Source of the DNA: Kudoa neothunni
Lineage: Eukaryota > Animalia > Cnidaria
Length of the DNA stretch: 64,000 nucleotides
NCBI GenBank assembly: GCA_964304625.1
Contig: OZ199838.1
Span: forward strand, 4,166,705 to 4,230,704
Direction of reading: 5' to 3'
Each line of letters begins with the position of its first letter. The stretch's first letter is position 1. The notes under the pieces are model-generated. The model was not told the origin of the DNA and ran no database searches. It saw only the letters and a list, made by a program, of their open reading frames with translations. This document shows positions 54,193 through 64,000 of this stretch, one piece after another. The translations under genes were made by a program, and so were the position numbers.

Positions 54193-54585
54193 TAGTCTAG
54201 GAAGCATTATTTTAACAGTTTTACGAAATACATATTAAGCGCAAATAAGAAATTTATTTCCTTTTTTAACAACTCTTCAAGATAAATAGTAAACTCTTGG
54301 TACTAGGTCATTTGTTACGGTTTAGTGTATTTTTAGGTAACTTTGTCTTGATATGGAAAAAATAATAATACAAGAAGTAAAATATCTATTTTTTATTGCT
54401 TCATCTTATATAGGACGTACAAATAGGAAAATGAGGAAAAATTAATGATCTTGCTACTGCGTACCTCAAATTGTTGATTTTAATCCTTTAAATCTTCAAA
54501 ATTCCCGACAATAAATATCGAAAAATTATTTTTGTTCAAAGAAGTATTGAGGATAAATCGAAATTATCAAACATTATAATGTAAT

Positions 54586-54664
54586 GAATAGTCGCAAGTA
54601 GGGTTAGAACCTTCGAACCATAACTAAAAGAAGCAAAGCCCTGTCGCTCTGCTGTCGATTGCAC
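54586..54664 (-). other. Degenerate tRNA-like / SINE-head-like sequence
   Basis: Minus-strand A-box-like CAGCAGAGCG and B-box-like GGTTCTAACCC with a weak GCAA/TTGC stem; no clean cloverleaf. Confidence 0.25.
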
Positions 54665-55947
54665 GTATGTTAAGTTCTGTTACAATACCTCATACTGATC
54701 ATTATACCAAGTAGTCAAAAACGGAGAAGCCCCACAAAATTAAAGAATATTTTGAAAAAAATAATTATTTGTATTGTTGCGCTAATGTATATCACGTTTT
54801 TTGCATGATTCCTTGCCATTGCGTAACCTTTTTGGAACCAAGGGAATGTGTTACGCAATTTCGAAAGTTTACTGTATTCATTTATACTTTTCAAAATAAA
54901 TAAATGTTTATTAAAATTTGGTTATAATACAAAGTATTCTGGGATTATTAAAACAAAATTAAGTTAAAGTTATAAATAATTAAAACTAATAATATTGACA
55001 TACGCATAACACGGCATCGGTTTATTCGATTTTTGAATATTTCAGTATTCATACTTGTATTAAAAAATTGTATCTGTGAAAACACGAATAAATCTAATAA
55101 TTTTGTTATTATTCTGAGGGGGAAATGCTTAAATAGAGTTGCCGCGAAAACCACAAATGAATAATCACTCAAAAAACTTTGACGCAGACGGCACTAATCC
55201 TACAAAAATAACCGACTATGATACTTTCAAAATGTGCGCCACACAAAAATATAACCCAAAGTTTTAAAAAAAGTGTAAAATTGAAACAATAATAAGAGAG
55301 GTTTCTAATAATTTTTCAGTGGATTTTATTTACATGAAATCCTATTTGCATAAAATACAAATTATGAGATTTCTTTAATTTTTCATCAGTCATATATACA
55401 AATATTACTTATTTCATTCAATGTTTAATCGTATATAATACTAAATTTATAAATATGAAGTTAATTGTTTCAACCTTGAAATTACTATACCATTGGTAAT
55501 TCAAAATTGGAAGAAACTATGGAAGAAATATAATAGAACTTAACCAACGATCGATGTTTATTATTCTTCAGTCAATTAAATATAATTATTGTATTCATTA
55601 AGATTTTAACAATAGAAACTAAAAATTGTATTTTACATGTTAGTAAACTAATCAAATTATTTTATACAACATTAAACACAATAAGTGAAAGAGTCGGTAT
55701 ATAAAAAATTTATCTTCATCATTATCAAACATTAATTTAAAGTGAGAACATCCCCCATTTTAAAGGCAAATACAAATTCAGATATCATATAAATTTCCAG
55801 AGTGTTTCAGTATATATGAATATATATTTTGGAAGACGTATTAAAAGAGATTTTCAACAACATAAAGTTTATATTAAGCAGTGCCAGTTTAGGCAATGTT
55901 GTAACGTTATTTAGCAGGAAAGATAAATTCACATTATTCTCAAAAAA

Positions 55948-56738
55948 TTAACTAATATTAACTTTTGAAATAGGTGCAGGCAGAAATAATTTGAATTCAT
56001 GAGGCCATTCCTCTTCTACACAGATTTTCTCTGCAAAACATACTCTTTTCAATCGACAGTTAGGATGTATCTAAAGGCAAATATAGAAAATCATAGTTTT
56101 GAACATTTAATGGTTTACTACTAACGATACAGTTTCACTAAAGATGCTGTCGTACACTCGATGACACCAATCCGGAAGGTTTATCTTATGTATATTTAAT
56201 CGAATATGGAAACTCAACAAGTTAAATCTACCTGAATATGATTCCATCCATCTTCCATTGTAAGCGGTATTGTACAAATATAGGGTTTAATTCTCACTAT
56301 AGGTTCGAAATTGGACACTCTGAATCGTCTTAGCTTGTTTTTATCATCCTTACACTTGAGAAAAACCACAGAGAAAACGTTATATACGTATTCGTGAAAG
56401 TTAGATTACTGTGATTTCAATGGAAAATATTTTGTTCATACTTTTAACAGTCAGAATTAATACTGGTAGTTTTATTGACAGAGCTTGTGATGGATTGGAG
56501 GGACAATGAATGTAATTTTCGCTACATCAACACATCACGATCCGTTACTAAATTCTTCAAAATTCTCATACGCTAAACATTCCGAATCCAACATTTCATA
56601 CACTTCTGAAGACGATTCGGAATCGTGAACAATATCGAAAGTTCCACTGGTTTTCTGAATTCCCCATAATTGTAAGGGATCACTTCCAACACTTGAGAAA
56701 ATTGATAAAAATCCGGATTGAAATGTATTTTTGAACAT
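55948..56738 (-). CDS. CFAP20: Cilia- and flagella-associated protein 20 (BUG22/GTL3), divergent, 5 exons
   Basis: MFKNTFQSGFLSI..S.GS.PLQ.W; YI.CP..P...L.IKLP; DDKN..RRFR.SN; GWNHIQ; IH.NCR..RV.F; EFKLFLP. Confidence 0.93.
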
Positions 56739-56826
56739 CGAATAAATTTTTTTTACCTATATAAAAATTTATTTTACAAATCTAAAAGCACGAACGAACA
56801 TAAAATGTAATAAATCGATTCCGTTG

Positions 56827-56838
56827 TACGCATGCGTA
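56827..56838. promoter_or_regulatory. Palindrome TACGCATGCGTA (NRF1/EWG-like site) ~90 bp upstream of the CFAP20 ATG
   Basis: Perfect 12-bp palindrome in AT-rich context; resembles YGCGCATGCGCR. Confidence 0.35.
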
Positions 56839-57408
56839 ACCATGCGAGAGAGAGTTCAGCGTGTATAACAAGGGGGCTGCTGAAATATATCTGTATAATC
56901 GACACATGTATTTTATATATTGTTATATTAGCAAATTAGTTCAAAATAGTAGTCATGTTTTTAAAATTGAAAACATATCAAAGAAATCTGGGTAATCATA
57001 TATTCACTATAATAGAAATTTTGTGTTTAATCAACGTGGCTAACACAAATGGGACGTCCGATCAAATTTTTGCAGAAAAAATCGGGATTTTTTGTAAAAG
57101 ACAACGTTATATTTAACTCTCTAACGATCCTGGAGTCTTTTAGACCCCAGATGAAAGTTAATCCTTATATAACTTCTTCTACAAATTTTCAATTTTTTTA
57201 TAATTTCAACTATTCGCTTAGTTTAAAACAAGGTTTAATATACTCGAAAATTAGTTTAAAAAATAATCGGAAAGTAATGAAAATAAATAATATTTTAGAG
57301 GAAAATTTTTAAAGTCCATGAGAGGCATATTTAATCTATTTTTAATTTAATTCAAAGATTTTAACCGTCGTTAAGAGTCTGAGATGGTTAAAAAATCGTT
57401 CCATTTAA

Positions 57409-60400
57409 CCCTGCCTGTCCGAAGCGAGGTCACTCAGGGACCCCAAAATAACCATTTTGTTTATAATTTCAAGCACGTTTAATTTTCGATTGTAAAATTT
57501 CCTGAATTCCTCTATGAAGATATAAGGTTTCTATTTAAAAATTTGAATATATAATTTTGTTTAATTATAGTAAATAGTTTTCGCTTTTAAAATGACGTCT
57601 TACATATTTTTAAGAAATAATGTCGATCTCATCTCCTATTTTATTTCATAACTACATTAACTTTTCGTATTAATTGGAAGTATCTTTTTATATTTATATC
57701 ATGGGTTGAAATCAAATTTAAAGTTACATCGTGATATTTTGGGGGAATTACGAAGGTTAATCCAACATCTGTTTACAAATCTCCCTCGTGTTAATTCATT
57801 TCGATCTAGTTTTATTCTAATTCTGATAAAGTAATTGATTATGTTAAAAATTTTCTTTTTTTATTTAATTTGATAAAACACTTACTTTGTAATTATGAGC
57901 AACGAAGCTGAGAAATATATTGAGGATTTCTCTTCCACTGATCGTTATGACACTTCAGAATATGAAATTTCTGAGTCAGATGATACATCCGCTGAGGATT
58001 TTCTTGAGGAAATTAATAGCGATGTTGGAGAAGAAGACTTTTTTGAGGAATTGGACTATTCTTTTGTAACAGAAAATCACGATTTTGAGTTAGTTTCTCA
58101 ACCTGGCTTTAAATGGAGTGTAGAACCTCGCACAAAAACAAACGATCGTTCCCATAACAAGATTCCTCCTTCATCTTCTGAATTTCTAAGAGAGTCAGGA
58201 AATTTCAACACCATTTTAGAGACCTTTGAATTATTCATTACGGAGGCTATTCTTGAAGAAATCGTCTCATGTACTAATAAATATTGCGAACAATATAAAC
58301 ATATACAAAATGATGAAATAACCATTGACGAGTTAAAAGCCATTATAGGCGTTTTAATTTCCTCCGGGCGCTCCAATGGCCAATCTCTTGCTATTCGAAA
58401 TGTGTGGGATACCAATCCATTATTCAAGCAGTTTTATTTTGCGGAAGCGATATCCAGGGACCGATTTACCCACATATATCAAATGTTGAGGTTTGATGAT
58501 GAGTCTACTAAAAACTACCGTAAAAGAGAATCAAACGGCAAATTCGAAGCTTTTCGAATGATCTTTCAGGCGTTTAATGAAAAATGTTAGAAGAACTTTT
58601 GGCCGGGACCCTATATTACTGTTGACGAGAGGTTGGTGAAATTTCGTGGTAGATGCCCTTTTCGAGATTATATGAAAAGTAAACCGGGCCGTTATGGCAT
58701 CAAATTGTGGGTAGCTGTATACTCGGAAACTTCATATCCCTTAAACATCCAACCATATATTGGAGAAGTTGATGGAATGAGAGAGATAAATCAAGGAGCC
58801 CGAGTGATAAGAGATCTAAGTGCGCCATTTTACGGTACGTGTCGAGGCGTTACATTAGATAATTTTTTTACCTCTGTGCCACTTTCCAAGTATCTCCTCT
58901 CAACAAAATTACATTGACTGGAACTATCCGTTCCAACAAACGTGAAGTTCCTAAAGAATTCGCTAAATCCCCCAACCGCGAAGTGTTTTCTTTAATTTTT
59001 GGGTTTAACGGAGACCTTACGCTAATTTCCTATGTTCCAAAAAAAATTACGCGGTAAACCTTTTGTCAACGGAGCATAACGACGTTTCTATTGAAAATGA
59101 AGATAGAAAACGACCAAGTGTGATAATTCACTACAATAAGACGAAGGAGGTGTCGACATGGCGGATAAAATGACTGTATTATATAGTTGTGCTAGATCTA
59201 CGCGTAGATGGCCCTTGAGAGTGTTTATGGATATTTTGGATACAGCATGGTTAAATTCATACATACTATGGAGTAAAAAATATCCCGATTGAAAAAAGAA
59301 CAGTAGAAGTAAGTGACAATACTTTTTGCGTGAACTTTCCATTCAGTTAACATAGAGAAATGTTCTTCAGCGCCAGAGTCATTGTAAAAATTTGTCAGAT
59401 TATATAAAATATGACCTCGACTTATTTGTTGATGAAAAGAATGATTCTTCGCCATCCGAAGTGAATTGTTTGCCACAGCCAAGTAGGAAACGATGTGCTT
59501 TGTGCCCTAGGAACGTAGACAAAAAACTAAGATGGTTTGTTTCCACCGTCGAAAGTTTGTGTGTACACGGCGCAGAAATCAAAGAAATACAGTCGTGCCT
59601 CGGTATTGTGTAGTAGCCCAATATCTCTTGTATTTGTTCTATTTTAGTTAAATTGGAATATATATTAGATATATTAATGCTAATATTATAAAATTATTGT
59701 CAAGAAAAAATTTTTTGAATAGACGACAACGTATATTATTTGATATTGCGAAGCGATTTTGCATTGCGTAGTAAATTCAAAGTCCGGATTGCGCGTTTGA
59801 TTCGATAGTGCGCAGTAAAATTGACAATGTCGGGAGTGCAGCGAGATATTGATGAGAAGAATAAAATTATTAGTTACTATAATTCAATTAAATCAATTAA
59901 AAGTGCAAAAAATGACCGTAATGAAATTCGGACTAAGTATTCGAATGTTTTTACTTTATATTAATAATAACGATAATATTTGTTAAGAATGTTCAACGCT
60001 CAGTAGAATTCTCTCAATGGAACAAAAAATTACTGATTCCAATATTCCTAACAAGAGAAAGCGATTTTCTAACGGTAAACATGAAGATGTCGATACCCAA
60101 GTTTATAAGTGGATTGTAAATGCCCGAAATAATAAAAAACAAATTTCTGGCGAAATTATAATAGCAAAAGCATTGTCAATCGCCAAAGAAAAGAATATCG
60201 ACAATTTTAATGCAAGTAGAGGATGGCTGGCTTGCTTTAAAAATAGATTTGGACTTTATTCCGTAAGACTTCACGGGGAAGCATCTAGTGCTGATTCTTC
60301 TTCAATATATGTTTGGAAATTTGAGAATAAAGATATTCTGCAAAGTTACGATCCAACAAATATTATTAATGTTGATGAGACTGCGCTTTTTTACCAATAA

Positions 60401-62435
60401 ATTAATAAGCGAACTTATGTATTAAAAGCAGAACAAGATGCCCGAGGATCTAAAGTGTCCAAGAAGCGTGTTACGGTTTTAGTATCCGCAGCCTTAGCTT
60501 AGATGATTCAAAATTACCATTATTTGTAATTGGTAAATATCAGAAGCCTCGTTGTTTTAAAAATATATCCCATCTACCAATTGAATATTTTTCACAGAAA
60601 AACTCATGGATGAACGCCTTTATCTTTTTTCAAATCATGAAAAAATTTAACAATATGTTTGAAAAAGAGAATAGAAAAGTTTTAATCTTATTAGACCAAT
60701 GCCCCTCCCACCCTAAAGACATGGACGGTCTAGAAAATATTAAATTTTTATTTTTGCCGAAGAATACTACATCAATATTACAGCCTTGCGATTTGGGAAT
60801 AATTAACTCATTAAAAAGCAACTATAAAAAAATTTTCCATTCGGTTAGTGTATTGGATGATAATGAATAAATATTAAAAAACTATACTTTATTCGATTAA
60901 AAACGTTAAAAAATGCTTGGAATAATGTTTCGAAGGAAACAATTATTAATTGCTTTAAAAAGTCCGGTGTTTTTGATTAAAATTATAAATATATGTTTAA
61001 TAGCATCAACAACTATTCAAGAAATTCAAGAATATGATAACGCTCATGAAGGTATCCTATCAAAAATTAATTTCTAAAATTAACTAGACTCATTTGATGA
61101 CGTTTCATCCTCTGAAATTAACGAAAAAGTTCACGATGAAGCAAACTCCTATCCCATCATTAATAGCGACATAAATGATATATCTGATAATGAAAAGGAT
61201 GAAATAGACAAAGCTATAAAAAAGGTTCCTACAAAAAAAATTAGGGAAGAAATACAAACTTTAAGGGAAACTTTTATCGCGGAAGAACCTGAAGGTTTAT
61301 TCGACCTACACCCTGTAATGGACCGACTGATCTCAATATTAAAAAAAAGAGAACTCCAAACTACCATAACGAACTTTTTTCACACAAAATAAAAAGAAAC
61401 CTCATTCAACAATTAACTTATATTTTCATTTCTGGATTCTATGCTTAAAAAATAGGTTAAATCATAAAAATACAATTTTCCTTCAACGCGCGAGCATCGG
61501 CATTGCGTACTAATTTTGTATTGCGTAGTAAAATTGAATCCACGATTTACCTCGCAATATCGAGGTTTGACTGTACTACGTTTTATTCCAACTGTAATAA
61601 TTAATTTTATCATATAATTGTGCATTATTTAAAACTTTGTTTTTATAACTTTGTTGAAGTTTTTAACACCAACTAATAATTTAAGAACAAAATTAAGTAT
61701 ACTACTGCTGTCGATTTAATGCGGGTTAATTTTTCAATGAAATCTATACAGATTAAGAAGTTGTATTTCTTAGTTTGAATATTTTTTCCATTAATTAGGA
61801 CTCTACTTGAAACAAAATATTTTTTGTTTTACACCTAAAAATTTCAATAAATAATTGTTGTATTATTAAAAAAGTGTGAAACTGTATAAGTACTACCTAA
61901 ATGAGAAGTAATATTGGATAAGAAATTTGGTATGGTTTAATCTCGATACAAGATAAATATTCGATTATATACACCAGATAAATTTCAATTAAATGCAGAT
62001 ATTTTGTGCGAATAAGATCCAAATATTTCATGATACATAAGTCAGATTATGCCAATGATAAACGAGAAATACGCGCTAGCGGGAAGTGATTCACTGATGA
62101 CGTTTACACTGTTAAGTTTAATTTTCTCGTGTATTTTCACCTTTTCGTTTGATCAGTTTTATATATACGACCGACTAATTGAAATTCGATCAATTTGAAT
62201 GGGAAAATATCCCGTTTCATCTTGTTATGCGTTAGCGTGAAAAAGGCATCATTTTTATGCATCAAGAGAATTGATTTAATTTTAATTTACAGTTTCTTAT
62301 TTTACAAATTTCTATTGATTTATTAAATTAAGGTTTTTGAAAATAAAAAATTGATATAGATCAATTTTTCCTGGGGTCCCTGAGTGACCCCACTTCGGAC
62401 CGCATGTGATTTTTTTGCACTCCGTGCAGGGAGGG
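57409..62435 (+). mobile_element. Complete-ended piggyBac element (dead) carrying a nested pogo/Tigger
   Basis: TTAA at both ends; CCCT.CCTG termini; 29-bp subterminal inverted repeat 27/29 identical with asymmetric spacing. Transposase 57895-~59612 has VDE, DNFF, GGVDMAD and a Cys-rich tail, broken by a TAG at 58588 and frameshifts. Confidence 0.93.
59742..61573 (+). mobile_element. pogo/Tigger element (dead) nested in the piggyBac 3' region
   Basis: ASRGWLACFKNRF, HGEASS, NVDETALFY, LDQCPSHP, NTTSILQPCDLGII, QTTITNFF. Right TIR ...CGCAATATCGAGGTTTGACTG|TA; left TIR only partly preserved. Confidence 0.88.
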
Positions 62436-64000
62436 TTAATACGTGCCTCTTGTTTTTTGAAAAAGCAGGAACTTGCTTTTCACGGGATAATGAACAAAAG
62501 TTATCATTAAATCGTTGCGATTATGTGGAGATTCTAAATTACACTGCTATGTTTGATGAAAAATTGGCACGGCGTCTCCAGAATTCTTCTGTTTTCTCTG
62601 GCCTTTCTAATTACACACAATGATTTGATTGAAGCTGTGGGTTTCGTCATAGAGAACAATATTAAAGATGAAATGAAACGAGCTCCATTCGTTGCTGTTG
62701 AAGTTGACGAGACGACGGATATCTCAGGAAAAGCTCAATGTGCAATAATATTCCAATATGTGGTAGAATCTGAGATAAAAGTTTTTGTTGGATTCAACCT
62801 TCTCAATGACTGAAGAGCTGAAGGCGTTACACAGTGTATATTCACTTAATTAGAGAAATACAATTGTATTGACAAATTGGTAGCACAAACATATGATGGA
62901 GCAGCGGTGATGGCATTTCATTTAAACGGAGTCCGAGTTAAAATGCGAGAAAAGGTTCCATCGGCATTGTTTACACATTGTTAAGCCCATAAATTGAATT
63001 TGGTTTTGTCGCAATCAGCAGAATTTATCCCAGAATGCTCTTCATTTTTTATGGCCAGCGAAGGACTTTCATCTTTTTTCAAACATTCAACAATGCGAAC
63101 ACAATTCTTTTGTGGAATTGTAAGAAAACGCATCCCCCGGTCATTTCCTACGAGATGGAGCTCAAACACAAAATTAATTCAAATTATTTTAAATTATCGT
63201 GATGCTCTCTGTGAGTTATATCAAAAAATAACACTCGAGCCATTGTTGTGGGATTCTGATACTATTGTAAAAAGTCAAGGATTCTACGACTGGCTCATAG
63301 GAGAAAAAACATTTTTTTAATGGTTTACAACAAGATATTTACCAAAACCGATAATCTATTCAATGTTCCGCAGACAAAACTCGTCGATATAAAATACTGT
63401 ATAAAAGAAATTGACGATACCATAAATTTTCTGTAAGATCTTAAAAATAATTTTGAGGAATTCTATGTGTATTTTGAAGAACTACGCAATAAAAAAAATC
63501 AAATGAAACAAAAATGTCGTCATGGAAGTTCTAAAGATGGAAGAAACGAGCTGTTCAACAAAATATTATCAACTATAATAGAAAGTATAAAGCTAAGATT
63601 CAAGGGAATCGGCACTTTGAATTTTATCTGTCTGCTGGATGGTAGTGAACATCAAAATTTGTGGAAGGAAATCAATGAGGAGGCTTTTGATTGTTTAATG
63701 AAAAATTATGACGATTTTTTTGATGATTTTAGATTAAAATGTGATTTGGCTGAAATAAAAAATTCATAACTACTCCAAAACCTCACCATTAAAGAGCTTC
63801 TTCGATGTATTGTGGAAAATTAATTGGAACGAACGTTTCCTTAAGTTGTTAGATTGCTCCAACTAATAATGACGATCCCTGCAACGTATTGCTCAGTGGG
63901 AAAATCATTTTCAACGTTAAAAAGAATCAAGGTACATACACGTAATAAAATTGGAAACCAACGACTTTTATTTCTTGCTCTTATATCTATTGAAAAGGAA
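62436..64000 (+). mobile_element. hAT (ZMYM1-like/DUF4371) transposase pseudogene running off the window
   Basis: CFL.KQELAF, NDLIEAV, VDETTDISG, QTYDGAAVM, HC.AHKLNL, PTRWSS, TIPAT.CS..KSFSTLKRIK; multiple stops. Confidence 0.9.

Noticed and set aside
57113-57380. Small piggyBac-like MITE (TTAACTCTCTAACGA...TCGTTAAGAG)
   Set aside because: Only a ~10-bp imperfect inverted repeat, and no right TTAA in register.
57895-59612. Domesticated piggyBac (PGBD-like) gene
   Set aside because: In-frame stops and frameshifts, with TIRs still present. The same applies to the Tigger, hAT and MULE ORFs.

Overview
AT-rich eukaryotic (metazoan-like) genomic DNA, not prokaryotic. It holds seven compact host genes with mostly 40-100 bp GT-AG introns: a class II PITP, Elp4, Spt4, a ~3000-aa domino/EP400-SRCAP remodeller, coronin, WASP and a divergent CFAP20. 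Between them lies a dense, often nested set of dead DNA transposons (piggyBac, pogo/Tigger, hAT, MULE, a probable Helitron) and their MITEs. I recognised no retroelement, rRNA, CRISPR array or intact transposase. I cannot support a wholly new biological system from sequence alone. The best leads are: a 4-nt tandem splice acceptor that could switch domino between a short ATPase-only form and a long p400-like form; a WASP whose CRIB lacks the first His; an unusually diverged CFAP20; a short-TIR MULE family with hairpin-bearing MITEs; and a dispersed, decayed coding-like repeat of unknown origin. All gene models and family calls were made by eye from remembered motifs, without database searches.
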